DNA of 64,000 bases from Candidatus Uhrbacteria bacterium RIFCSPHIGHO2_02_FULL_46_47 (GCA_001790815.1 MGDU01000018.1:788-64787), one strand, 5' to 3'; positions 1 through 8,588 are shown, counted from the stretch's first letter. The notes: generated from the letters alone by a model not told the origin. Numbers and translations: made by a program.

Positions 1-24
1 GGCGTGATTAAAAGTATGGTTTTA

Positions 25-55
25 CACCCTGTGTCGCTATGGTATACTGTATTTG
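25..55 (+). promoter_or_regulatory. candidate sigma70-like promoter (TTTACA-16/17-tgGTATACT extended -10) upstream of a small three-gene operon
   Basis: 'ggttttacaccctgtgtcgctatggtatact' read directly; extended -10 TG present. Confidence 0.3.
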
Positions 56-96
56 TGGTGAGAACTCTTTCAATGTATAGCGAATATAGGGTGATA

Positions 97-276
97 TGAA
101 AGATCAATTTTTCAAAATCTACGCGAATCTACCCCTCAATCTCCGCTCTGAGATTGTTTTAGTTTTGTCTGACAGGGGCCCCATTACATGGAATGTGGCA
201 TACACTGAAATTAATAATGATACTAAGCTCGGGGAACTTATACTACAAAAATTACAAGAATTAAAGATTATCTGAA
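97..276 (+). CDS. small hypothetical protein (59 aa, MKDQFFKIYANLPLNLRSEIVLVLSDRGPITWNVAYTEINNDTKLGELILQKLQELKII); below the ORF-track length cutoff
   Basis: Open frame ATG97..TGA276, translated by hand; immediately precedes 282..497 with a 5-nt gap. Confidence 0.4.
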
Positions 277-281
277 CCTGT

Positions 282-497
282 ATGGAAGACGAAATCAAAG
301 AACTTGTTATCGCTCGCCTACAAACATTGCCTGACGATATTTCTGTTTCGGTGGGAGCCGATGGGGAATATTCGAGAGATCAGATCATTCAACATGTCGA
401 AGAAGGGGATGAAGTTGGGAAAAAAATGGTTGAGATTGAAATGAATTTTTTGCGCAGCCTTAAAGAGGGAAAACTTTACGAAACATATGGGGAGTAG
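282..497 (+). CDS. small acidic hypothetical protein (71 aa)
   Basis: ORF track; overlaps the next gene by 11 nt, indicating an operon. Confidence 0.45.
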   Translation: MEDEIKELVIARLQTLPDDISVSVGADGEYSRDQIIQHVEEGDEVGKKMVEIEMNFLRSLKEGKLYETYGE

Positions 498-1146
498 TGT
501 TCTTTTTACGCGTCCCCGGCATGATTATCCAACTCGATATCTTGCAACATGGAATGATGAAATAATTGAGCGTGCAAAAGAAAAGCGGATGGATGTGTTC
601 GATTTAGAGGGAAAGAGGGCGAAGCGTAAAAATGTAGAGAGTTTTTTGCAACATAAGCAACCGAATCTTGTTTTATTCAATGGCCATGGGGGCCCTGATT
701 TGATCATGGGTCATGAAAATGAGATTATCATGCGGGTGCGGAACAATGAGAGTATGCTTGCCAAAACTATCGTGTATGCGCTTGCATGCGCTTCTGGGGC
801 GATACTTGGTCCTGCATGTGTAAAGGCCGGTGCTCGAGCATATATTGGTTATGACGCTGATTTTACATTTATGCGTTTGAATAATTTTCGTACCCATCCT
901 CAGGATGACTCTCTCGCCAAGCTTTTCTCTGGGCCATCAAATTTAATAGGTACTACCTTAATCAAAGGTCATACAGCGGGAGATGCATATAAGCGTTCTC
1001 AAAAGGCTTTTCGCCGAAATATCAACCGCTTGATTTCAAGCGAGACGAGGCCGGAGGAAAGTGCAACACTGCGATATCTTCTGTGGGATATGCAGCATCA
1101 AGTTTGCCTTGGCAATAAAGAAGCAAAGATAGTATCGGATATTTGA
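487..1146 (+). CDS. hypothetical protein with candidate clan-CD (caspase/CHAT/legumain-like) His-Cys dyad: hydrophobic strand+HG ('LVLFNGHGG') and hydrophobic strand+C-x-S-G ('IVYALACASG') about 45 aa apart
   Basis: Motif spacing and context read from the translation; no alignment possible here. Confidence 0.4.
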   Translation: MGSSVLFTRPRHDYPTRYLATWNDEIIERAKEKRMDVFDLEGKRAKRKNVESFLQHKQPNLVLFNGHGGPDLIMGHENEIIMRVRNNESMLAKTIVYALACASGAILGPACVKAGARAYIGYDADFTFMRLNNFRTHPQDDSLAKLFSGPSNLIGTTLIKGHTAGDAYKRSQKAFRRNINRLISSETRPEESATLRYLLWDMQHQVCLGNKEAKIVSDI

Positions 1147-1261
1147 TATTACGCTGAAATATAGGCGCGATTCTCCCTAAACCACGTTCCCACTTCGTTC
1201 ACTAGCGCCCGCCAGAAAAAAATAAAAATCCCCGCTTAAGCGGGGATTTTTCATTACAGAT

Positions 1262-1606
1262 TTATTTAACACTCATCACAATCTTTGAAAAGACCTGAGG
1301 GTATTCAATGGCCAGGGTGGACAGCACTTTGCGATCAAGGGCAATGCCTTTTTTATGAAGTGCCGCAATTAGAGTGGAGTACTTCATCCCTTCTTCACGC
1401 GCCGCGGCATTGACCCGGATATTCCAAAGCGCGCGAAATTCACGCTTTTTGCGGCGACGATCAACATAGGCGTGCGCGCCGGCTTTGAGCACAGCCGGAA
1501 TCATCAGGGTAATCTTGGACTTGCGTCCCCACATGTACCCTTTGGTAGCTTGTAAATATTTTTTGCGCCGCTTTACGCGGTGTGTTCCTCGTTTGACTCG
1601 TGGCAT
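1262..1606 (-). CDS. rplT: 50S ribosomal protein L20
   Basis: N-terminus MPRVKRG...; conserved infC-rpmI-rplT operon. Confidence 0.95.
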   Translation of the reverse strand: MPRVKRGTHRVKRRKKYLQATKGYMWGRKSKITLMIPAVLKAGAHAYVDRRRKKREFRALWNIRVNAAAREEGMKYSTLIAALHKKGIALDRKVLSTLAIEYPQVFSKIVMSVK

Positions 1607-1613
1607 AGTGTCT

Positions 1614-1672
1614 GGGTTATGAGTTACGGGTTATGAGTATAATACACTCTTAACTCATCAACTCTTAACTTA
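1614..1672. repeat. intergenic hairpin of tandem 'gttatgagt'-type units (gggttatgagttacgggttatgagtat ... actcttaactcatcaactcttaactta)
   Basis: Inverted arrangement read in sequence between rplT and rpmI. Confidence 0.7.
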
Positions 1673-1678
1673 ATTCCT

Positions 1679-1873
1679 TTAATTCCATGGCATTAATTTC
1701 TTAACATTAGGAGCATGGTGCTCAGAAAACGTAATATCGCGCCGTTTGGTGCGCGTTACATTTCCTGATTCCCGCGCGTTAAAGTGATCTTGCCCACCTT
1801 TGCGGATCAAAACCTTTCCCTTTTTGGTAACTTTAAATCTCTTGGAGAGTGATTTTGGAGTTTTTAATTTCAT
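1679..1873 (-). CDS. rpmI: 50S ribosomal protein L35 (start at internal Met MKLKTPKSLSKRFKVTKKGKV...)
   Basis: L35 signature KRFKVT.KGK; the track ORF is extended at its N-terminus. Confidence 0.9.
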   Translation of the reverse strand: MKLKTPKSLSKRFKVTKKGKVLIRKGGQDHFNARESGNVTRTKRRDITFSEHHAPNVKKLMPWN

Positions 1874-1959
1874 ACATGTGTACGAACCTACGAAAGGGGA
1901 CAAAACTACGAACAATTAAATTTCGTGATTTCGTTATAGTTCGTTGGTTCGTATACGAA

Positions 1960-2496
1960 TTATTTCTTAGCTACTACCATAGAGAGTATTCCTCCTTGAC
2001 GCTCAAATGGTTGATCTATCCTTATATTTGGCAAGGAGGCAACAAAATTCTCAAGAATCTTGCGCGCGAGATCTGCGTGCTCACGCTCACGGCCCTTGAG
2101 AATAATTTCAACACGCACTCGATTCCCCTCTGACATAAAACGCTCCGCCTGATCGCGCCGCACCTGAAGATCATGCTCACCAATACGCAGTGAAAGACGG
2201 ATTCCTTTTACCTCCACGGTCTTGGCGTGTACTTTTTGCTTGCGAATCTCCTTCTCCTTTTGATATTTAAACTGGCCATAGCCGATAATCTTTGCAACCG
2301 GCGGATTGGCTCCGGGATTTAATTCCACCAAATCCATTCCTCGCTCGCGCGCAAGCGCAAGCGCCTTGGAAGTATCCATAACATCCAGGTGTTCGCCATG
2401 CTCGTCAATCACGCGTACTTGCGGTACGCGAATCCACTCGTTGTAGCGAACGAGCGTGGCTTGAACTGGCTTTGGTCTGTGTCGTGATATTCGCAT
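1960..2496 (-). CDS. infC: translation initiation factor IF-3
   Basis: IF-3 N and C domains (…VRVIDEHGEHLDVMDT…GMDLVELNPGANPPVAKIIGYGQFKY…); the true start may be an atypical codon inside the listed ORF. Confidence 0.85.
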   Translation of the reverse strand: MRISRHRPKPVQATLVRYNEWIRVPQVRVIDEHGEHLDVMDTSKALALARERGMDLVELNPGANPPVAKIIGYGQFKYQKEKEIRKQKVHAKTVEVKGIRLSLRIGEHDLQVRRDQAERFMSEGNRVRVEIILKGREREHADLARKILENFVASLPNIRIDQPFERQGGILSMVVAKK

Positions 2497-2502
2497 TTTT
2501 AG

Positions 2503-2881
2503 TGGTGGAGATGAGGGGTATCGAACCCCTGTCTGGAAATAGTGAACTCTTGATGCACTACAAGGTTAGTACTCTTTTGGTTTTAAGCAGAAATCGAAGT
2601 GTACAAACAATATTCTGCCGAGTACCTGCCAAGATTCGGAAATCACATCGTGGCACATAATGTGATACCTATCCTCTTATTACACCAGCAACCCTTTAGA
2701 GGAGTCAAGGACTGATGTGCCCAGCGTTATTAGGCGCGGGCAAAAGCAGGAGCGCGAAACGCGCTCGCTACTGTTGAGAATACGTTTTTGGCATGTATCT
2801 CTTTGCGCGAAGATTTTAGAGCGTACGCGCGTGCTCTCCTTGCACACCTTGAGAATCTTCTCCATCAAAGCCGTTCATCCC
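2503..2881 (-). ncRNA. ssrA: tmRNA (ssrA), about 379 nt. 5' GGGGATG pairs with 3' CATCTCC-A-CCA including a G3:U70 pair. T-arm is GGTTCGATACC. Candidate tag frame ends ...APAFARA with a TAA TAA double stop
   Basis: Reverse complement read directly: 5'-ggggatgaacggctttgatgg...gacaggggttcgatacccctcatctccacca-3'; adjacent to smpB. Confidence 0.85.
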
Positions 2882-2888
2882 CAAATTT

Positions 2889-3374
2889 TCAAGCTTTCCG
2901 TTTTAACTTCTCTCGGATTTCTCGATCAACCGCGCGTTTCTTAATTACCTCGCGTTTTTCGTATTTTTTGCGGCCGCGACCAAGCCCAAGTTCAACTTTC
3001 AAACGGCGTCCCCTAGTATACACGGATAACGGTACAAGTGTCAAGCGCTCGGCCTCAAGCTTACCCATAAGCTCTTTAATTTCCCGGGCGCGCAATAAAA
3101 GCTTGCGGCTACGGGTCGGATCATAACTGGGAAGCGCTCCGGCCTTTTTATACGGGCTGATATGCGCGTTTAACAGCCAGACCTCGCCGGCTTTGAGCGT
3201 GGCATAAGCGCCTTTAAGCGAAACATTACCGCCACGCACGGATTTCACCTCTTGTCCGGAAAGCACAATGCCGGCCTCATAGATTTTAAGGATATCATAA
3301 TCAAATTTTGCTCTAGAATTAGTGGCAAGGGTGGACATAGATAAGTGTAACGTGAAACGTGTAGCGTGTAACAC
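2889..3374 (-). CDS. smpB: SsrA-binding protein SmpB
   Basis: KFDYDIL..YEAGIVLSGQEVKSVR... signature. Confidence 0.95.
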   Translation of the reverse strand: MLHATRFTLHLSMSTLATNSRAKFDYDILKIYEAGIVLSGQEVKSVRGGNVSLKGAYATLKAGEVWLLNAHISPYKKAGALPSYDPTRSRKLLLRAREIKELMGKLEAERLTLVPLSVYTRGRRLKVELGLGRGRKKYEKREVIKKRAVDREIREKLKRKA

Positions 3375-3455
3375 TAGTATAGCATATTTTAAATAAGAAG
3401 ACGGCGCCGAGGTTGAACCAAGGCGCCGAGGAACGGAAACGGGCGGGGAGGGACA

Positions 3456-3638
3456 TCAGGAGTCGATGTCCTTGATGATGGCGTGGCAGGCAACCACGCC
3501 GGAAAGGACGAACATCGTGAGCGCGGCCGCCACAGCGTGCATCGGGATCTTCACGCCCTGGCAGTAGCCATAGGCCATGCCCGTTAGCGTGAATCCCATG
3601 GCAACAGCCAGCGGACCGCCAACCATCACCCGCAACAT
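3456..3638 (-). CDS. small membrane protein (60 aa, MLRVMVGGPLAVAMGFTLTGMAYGYCQG...) in a GC-rich islet
   Basis: Internal Met of ORF 3456..3914; its start overlaps the stop of the upstream ORF (TGATG coupling). Confidence 0.45.
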   Translation of the reverse strand: MLRVMVGGPLAVAMGFTLTGMAYGYCQGVKIPMHAVAAALTMFVLSGVVACHAIIKDIDS

Positions 3639-3844
3639 CAGCGCACCACCACGACGTGGCGGGGCGAGCGGATGCGGCGCAGGCGGGCGATCAGACAGCG
3701 CGGCTCGATGGTGAACCGGGCGAGTTGTCGGCCGCGCCAGCCAAGCTCGCGCCAGCCCTGCTGGCGCATGTACTCGCGCACCACGATGGACACGAGCGTG
3801 AGGATCAACCCCGCGACGAACAGCTGTCCGATGATCTCTCGCAT
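3638..3844 (-). CDS. small membrane protein (68 aa) in a GC-rich islet, translationally coupled to the downstream small ORF
   Basis: Hydrophobic N-terminus; SD-like 'gaaaggggg' upstream; local GC well above background. Confidence 0.45.
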   Translation of the reverse strand: MREIIGQLFVAGLILTLVSIVVREYMRQQGWRELGWRGRQLARFTIEPRCLIARLRRIRSPRHVVVVR

Positions 3845-4074
3845 GGTAAGAACCCCCTTTCAAGGGTGATGACCGCGCGACATGCGCGGTCTCAAGCTTG
3901 CCTTTTAAAAACAAAAAGCATCCTTGAAACCACGATGCTACATAATATCACGAAGTTGCGACTTTGTCAACCCCTAAAGGGCAAAGAGAATCGTATTCAG
4001 CGCTCAGTTTACAAATGAGAGCCAGCACCCGGCTCAATGGGTGGGCGGGGTTACGCAATGAACAAATATGATCC

Positions 4075-4254
4075 CTAACTGGGAAGCCGGCTCGCGTGCA
4101 TGATGGTAAGACCCACGATGCGCTCGCCACGCCGACGCACGAGTATATTATTTTCAAGCAGTTCACTATCGGTGGCCTGTTGCGGACGCTCAAACGAAAC
4201 ATACAGGACATCTGCTTCTTTATCATAATCAAACCACGCATGAGGATATTGCAT
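4075..4254 (-). CDS. DUF2283-like protein (candidate antitoxin); start at internal Met MQYPHAWFDYDKEADVLYVSF...
   Basis: DUF2283-type motif 'YDKEAD.LY' and C-terminal 'GERIVGLTIMHAS'. Confidence 0.55.
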   Translation of the reverse strand: MQYPHAWFDYDKEADVLYVSFERPQQATDSELLENNILVRRRGERIVGLTIMHASRLPS

Positions 4255-4277
4255 GCGCAAAAAAATGGGAACTGCTT

Positions 4278-4601
4278 TTAATGTTTCTTGGATTGCGATT
4301 TGCGCCATATAGTTGAACGATGTTTGGTAAGTTGGTCAGATTTTGAAGTTTGAAAGGCGGTAATAATAAATCCATTCTTTGGCGGCATTTCTCGATAGAC
4401 CACGACAAGTGCAAGCGGTATAAGTTCGCGCACGGCAAGCAATTCACCTTCCTCTCCTTGCACAATATAATCCGGTTCAGCCACTGCTTCGAGTACCTCG
4501 TGAAATTGTCCTGCCAGATCATCGTGGTTTTCAACAATATGCACCCACCGCTCACTGGTAAGCCGAATCGGCACGGAATTTATTGAGAGCACCATCTCCA
4601 T
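4278..4601 (-). CDS. DUF4258/RelE-fold toxin-like protein (…VHIVENH…L.VVY.E…FIITAF)
   Basis: Pattern similarity to DUF4258/BrnT-type toxins; paired with a DUF2283 gene. Confidence 0.5.
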   Translation of the reverse strand: MEMVLSINSVPIRLTSERWVHIVENHDDLAGQFHEVLEAVAEPDYIVQGEEGELLAVRELIPLALVVVYREMPPKNGFIITAFQTSKSDQLTKHRSTIWRKSQSKKH

Positions 4602-4664
4602 AGTGATTTACAAGTGTGGGTAGTTTCACTATACCATAACGATCTGATGTGTCAAATCCTACCA

Positions 4665-6110
4665 CTAAAGCGTTTTTACCACGGCAAAACTTTGCGCGTG
4701 CGGGGCAGGGTGATCACTACTGACTATCACGATTTTACTTCCCTTTTTAAACCCACTGGCGTGCGCTTGAGCAATCAGTTTTTCTTCCAATTCTTTGCGT
4801 GTCGCAACTTCAGGAAGCAAAAATGGCCGTACTCCCCAGGAAAGATTTATTTGGCGCAAAACTCGCGTGAAAGGCGTTCCAATAATCAATTCCACCTCAC
4901 TGCGATAGCGGGAAAGCAAGCGCGCGGTGTGCCCGGTAACCGTGCCGGCCACAATGGCCTTGGCCTCTTCAGTGCGCGCCTGCATGGCGGCCAAAAGCGC
5001 CGTCTCTTCTTCGGGATTTCCATGATGGATTTCTCCGCCAATGGAAAGATCATCAAAGCGGGATTTTTCTGTTTTCTGAATAATGGCGGACATGATGCGC
5101 ACTGTCTCAATAGGATACGCGCCGGTTGCGCTTTCTCCGGAAAGCATGACCGCGTCTGTATGATCAATCACCGCGTTGGCCACATCTGAGGCCTCGGCGC
5201 GGGTTGGCCGCGGCGCGCGCTCCATAGAAGCCAGCATTTCAGTTGCCACAATAACCGGCACAGCCCTCCGGCGGCATTTTTCAATCAGTTCTTTTTGAAT
5301 AAGAGGCACTTCTTCAGGGCTGGTGGCAAGCGCCAAATCACCGCGGGCAATCATCACTCCGTCACAGACGCGCAAAATTTCTTCAAAATTATGTACGGCC
5401 TCGCGGGTTTCTATTTTGACGATAATTTTAATACCCGGAAGCTCAGCTTCCGTACGGAAGCTGAGCTTCCTCAACATCAATTTTCGTAATGCCAGCACAT
5501 CCTCAGCTTTTTTCACAAACGACAACGCCACAAAATCAATGTCTTGGGTTTTACTCCAGGCAATGTCTTTCCTGTCTTTTGATGTTATGGACGGCAACGG
5601 AAGCGAACCGCCGGCAATCGCGATGCCTTTGTGCGACTTAAGCTCTCCGCCAAGTATTACCCGCGCATGAATATCCTTTCCTGTAACACGTTCAACCACG
5701 CACTCAATTGTGCCGTCCGCAATTAGCAAGTGTGCGCCTTTTTTCACATATTTATGAAAATTAGGCACGGCAATAGGAATTTTGAAGTTATGAGTTATTG
5801 AGTTATGGGTTATGAGTATTGAGTTGCCTGTTGTAAAAATAATCTTTTGTCCTACTCTTAACTCATAACTCCTAACTCCTAACTCTCCAATCCTCGCCTT
5901 TGATCCTTGCAAATCAACTATTATTGCAATTGGCTTGCCGGTTTTTTTCTCTATGGCGCGCAAATTGGAAATAACGCGGCTATTCCAATTATAATCTCCA
6001 TGCGACATATTCAACCGCGCCACATTCATCCCTGCGCTTATCATTTTCTCAAGCGTGGCTGGTTTTTCTGATGCAGGACCTATTGTGCAGACAATTTTGG
6101 TTCGTTTCAT
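4665..6110 (-). CDS. pyk: pyruvate kinase carrying two in-frame palindromic-element insertions
   Basis: MKRTKIVCTIGPAS...NVARLNMSHG...; full-length PK. Confidence 0.95.
   Translation of the reverse strand: MKRTKIVCTIGPASEKPATLEKMISAGMNVARLNMSHGDYNWNSRVISNLRAIEKKTGKPIAIIVDLQGSKARIGELGVRSYELRVGQKIIFTTGNSILITHNSITHNFKIPIAVPNFHKYVKKGAHLLIADGTIECVVERVTGKDIHARVILGGELKSHKGIAIAGGSLPLPSITSKDRKDIAWSKTQDIDFVALSFVKKAEDVLALRKLMLRKLSFRTEAELPGIKIIVKIETREAVHNFEEILRVCDGVMIARGDLALATSPEEVPLIQKELIEKCRRRAVPVIVATEMLASMERAPRPTRAEASDVANAVIDHTDAVMLSGESATGAYPIETVRIMSAIIQKTEKSRFDDLSIGGEIHHGNPEEETALLAAMQARTEEAKAIVAGTVTGHTARLLSRYRSEVELIIGTPFTRVLRQINLSWGVRPFLLPEVATRKELEEKLIAQAHASGFKKGSKIVIVSSDHPAPHAQSFAVVKTL
5437..5470. 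repeat. perfect 15-bp inverted repeat ggaagctcagcttcc-gtac-ggaagctgagcttcc inside pyk (encodes …LSFRTEAELP…)
   Basis: Read directly; same family as two copies in der. Confidence 0.8.
5786..5888. repeat. hairpin of tandem 'gttatgagt' units inserted in-frame in the pyk B-domain (encodes …TGNSILITHNSITHNFKIP…)
   Basis: Arms agttatgagttattgagttatgggttatgagtattgagtt / aactcataactcctaactcctaactc. Confidence 0.75.
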
Positions 6111-6117
6111 AGATATG

Positions 6118-6200
6118 CAATGCGGATGACGCGGATTACCATGCGGATCTACAGATGTCGCGGATGAATTATCCGTAGATCAGCATGAATCCGTAGATCG
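6118..6200. repeat. intergenic hairpin of 'gcggatctac'/'gtagatccg' tandem units between pyk and htrA
   Basis: Read directly. Confidence 0.6.
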
Positions 6201-6212
6201 GCGTTGCGATTA

Positions 6213-7523
6213 TTATTTTAACTCCTCCAACACCACTTTTATTTCTTTTTCCTTTCCTTGGCTTAACACTTTGAGCACCAGCGTATCTCCAACTTTATGC
6301 TTTTGAATCTGTGATGCAAGCGATGTTTCCTCGGTAATCTTGACCTTGTCAATCTCTAAAATAATATCATTTTCACGCAGACTGGCTTTGTCCGCAGGAG
6401 AGCCGGGTACAACTGCAAGATCCGTTCGGCGATCTCCGCGCACAATAAGCGCGCCGTAGTCCACTGGCAATTTATTTTCCTGCGCAAGCTCTGGGTTGAT
6501 AATAATATAGCGCACGCCAAGCCATGGTCGTACAATCCTTCCTACGCTTCTTATACTCTCAATAGCCAGTTTGGCTGGATTTATAGGAATCGCAAAGCCA
6601 ACGTTCTGTCCTGCTGAAGATACGGCGGTATTAATGCCAACTACTTCCCCGCGCAAATTCACCAACGGCCCCCCAGAATTTCCCGGATTAATTGCCGCGT
6701 CGGTCTGTATCGCCTCCTCTATAACTTCAGAGCCAATGCCCGGACCACCGGCAGTAACTCTGCGCTTAATGCCAGAAACAACACCTTTGGTAATAGTGTT
6801 GGAAAATTCTGAAAGAGCGTTTCCGATTGCAATGACTGTTTCGCCGATTTGCAGCTTATCTGAATTGCCAAGCTTTGCTGTTGGAAGATTCTTTGCCTCA
6901 ATCTTAAGAAATCCTAAATCAATGAAGGGATCGCGAGCAAGAACCTTTGCCTCGTAGCGTTTGCCATCTGCGGTCACCACAGTATAGCTTGCCTGATCAT
7001 CAAATATAACGTGCTTGTTCGTAGCAATAAGACCGTCGGAGGCAATAATAAATCCTGTGCCTCCACCAACCTGCCTCCTTTGCGGCGGGCTTTGCGGTTG
7101 CTGCTGCTCCGGCATTTCAATTTCAAATCCAAACTCCCGAAAAAGATCCTCGGGGAAAATAGGGCCGGTTGAGCGCGCAGAGATTTCTTTGGAGATGACA
7201 ATGGAAACCACCGCGGGAGATACTCGCCGCACTACTTCTTCAGTGCTAAGCTCAACTATCGCATTTTTACCCTCACCCTCCCCTCTCCCTAAGGGAGAGG
7301 AATCTACTTTTACTCCCTCTCCCCGTGTGGGAGAGGGTTGGGGTAAGGGGAAGTTACGCGGCACGATCCATTGTAACGACGACGGCAATGACGTACGCAA
7401 ACTCTGTCCCAAATTCCCCGCGGCAATCTGGGTCACCACAATACCGCCGGCAAGTCCTGAAGCGCCACCTACCACAAGACTAATGGCAACTGAAATAATA
7501 ATGGTTTTTCTGAATTCGGACAT
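6213..7523 (-). CDS. HtrA/DegP-family serine protease (trypsin-like domain plus PDZ), membrane anchored, with an in-frame GEGEG-element insertion
   Basis: GNSGGPLVNLRGEVVGINTA; PDZ-like segment; N-terminal TM. Confidence 0.9.
   Translation of the reverse strand: MSEFRKTIIISVAISLVVGGASGLAGGIVVTQIAAGNLGQSLRTSLPSSLQWIVPRNFPLPQPSPTRGEGVKVDSSPLGRGEGEGKNAIVELSTEEVVRRVSPAVVSIVISKEISARSTGPIFPEDLFREFGFEIEMPEQQQPQSPPQRRQVGGGTGFIIASDGLIATNKHVIFDDQASYTVVTADGKRYEAKVLARDPFIDLGFLKIEAKNLPTAKLGNSDKLQIGETVIAIGNALSEFSNTITKGVVSGIKRRVTAGGPGIGSEVIEEAIQTDAAINPGNSGGPLVNLRGEVVGINTAVSSAGQNVGFAIPINPAKLAIESIRSVGRIVRPWLGVRYIIINPELAQENKLPVDYGALIVRGDRRTDLAVVPGSPADKASLRENDIILEIDKVKITEETSLASQIQKHKVGDTLVLKVLSQGKEKEIKVVLEELK
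7279..7362. repeat. GEGEG palindromic element copy (ccctcaccctcccctctccctaagggagagg … ccctctccccgtgtgggagagggttggggtaagggg) inside htrA
   Basis: Read directly; encodes …SPLGRGEGEGK…. Confidence 0.8.
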
Positions 7524-7711
7524 GGGGTAGGGATTAGGTTTTAGGTTTTAGGGGTTAGTAAATTATTTTACCACGCGATGGCAAGGGATTTCAATGGGGT
7601 GTGGATCGCATACGAGAAATGGCTCGTACCATTGTGCGTCAGGCGGAGGAAATGCCTACACCAGAACTTCCAACGCTGTATGTCCACCTCGGACCTACGG
7701 CACTTTTTTAA

Positions 7712-7747
7712 TCACAAAAGCCCCATAAAGGGGCTTCCATGCGGGAT
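7712..7747 (-). terminator. rho-independent terminator candidate (gcccctttatggggc followed by a U-run) downstream of tRNA-Asp
   Basis: Hairpin plus T-run on the minus strand. Confidence 0.45.
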
Positions 7748-7839
7748 CCTAGTCCCGATGACTTAGAAATCGTTGTCAGCATTTTAAATATAACATATTC
7801 TCAAGATATTGTCAAGTGTTCTTATCCACACCTAACCGG

Positions 7840-7912
7840 TGGTGGACCGTAGGGGAATTGAACCCCTCTGGAATCGCTGACAACGATTCCTGGTCACCAG
7901 ACACAACGGCCC
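7840..7912 (-). tRNA. tRNA-Asp (anticodon GTC) with encoded CCA. The D-arm is atypical and short
   Basis: Reverse complement GGGCCGT…GGAATCG-TTGTCAG-CGATTCC…AGGGGTTCAATTCCCCTACGGTCCACCA. Acceptor, anticodon and T arms are canonical; the D-arm is uncertain. Confidence 0.55.
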
Positions 7913-7952
7913 GACCCACCGGGTCTGATATTTTATCACATTATTTACTACT

Positions 7953-8588
7953 CTAAAAGTCAATCCCTTTTTGCGCCTTTATCCCTTTATCATACGGGTG
8001 TTTTACTTTTTGCATTTTTGTTACAAGGTCAGCCAGTTCGGCAAGCTCCGGGTATTCTTTATGTCCGGTCATGATTAAATATACCTCGGGCGGTTTAGCA
8101 CGGATCAACGCTTTGATATCTTCCACACTCAAAAGCGCGCTATCTACCGCTGATAAAATTTCATCTAAAATCACTACATCAAATTCCCATTGCGAAGCAC
8201 TGGGCGACCCAGTGCTTCGCAATATTTTCATCACAAATTCCAATCCTTCGCGCGCGGCTTCTTCATGCTCTTCAATTGGCTTTTTGTCTCCCATGATACG
8301 CACCCATCCTTTTCCAACGATGTGAAATTCCAATTTCCCCTCACCCTCCCCTCTCCCTAAGGGAGAGGGTGGCCGTAGGCCGGGTGAGGGCAACTGCTCC
8401 AACCACTTAAACATCTTTCCCTCCCCGGTTTCCCATCCCGCGTCTTTCCCGCCTTTCATAAATTGCATAAACAGCACGCGCTTGCCTTGCCCCAAGGCGC
8501 GCACCGCCAGTCCCACCGCGGCGGTGCTTTTCCCCTTCCCATATCCCCAATAAATCATCACCAAACCTTTTTGTATATTGATATTCAT
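7953..8588 (-). CDS. cobO: cob(I)yrinic acid a,c-diamide / ATP:corrinoid adenosyltransferase (BtuR/CobO family) with an in-frame GEGEG insertion
   Basis: YWGYGKGKSTAAVGLAVRALGQGKRV..QFMKG … GIKAQKGIDF matches BtuR end to end. Confidence 0.85.
   Translation of the reverse strand: MNINIQKGLVMIYWGYGKGKSTAAVGLAVRALGQGKRVLFMQFMKGGKDAGWETGEGKMFKWLEQLPSPGLRPPSPLGRGEGEGKLEFHIVGKGWVRIMGDKKPIEEHEEAAREGLEFVMKILRSTGSPSASQWEFDVVILDEILSAVDSALLSVEDIKALIRAKPPEVYLIMTGHKEYPELAELADLVTKMQKVKHPYDKGIKAQKGIDF
8337..8390. repeat. GEGEG palindromic element copy inside cobO
   Basis: cccctcaccctcccctctccctaagggagagggtggccgtaggccgggtgaggg. Confidence 0.8.

Noticed and set aside
2472-3126. ORFs 2472..2660(+), 2680..2868(-), 2717..2944(+), 2788..3126(+)
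   Set aside because: They overlap the tmRNA gene and smpB. They are non-coding-strand or spurious frames within a structured RNA.
3656-4018. Plus-strand ORFs 3656..4018 and 3672..3869 in the GC-rich islet
   Set aside because: Low-complexity Ala/Arg-rich translations typical of high-GC antisense frames. The minus-strand membrane-protein frames with TGATG coupling are more credible.
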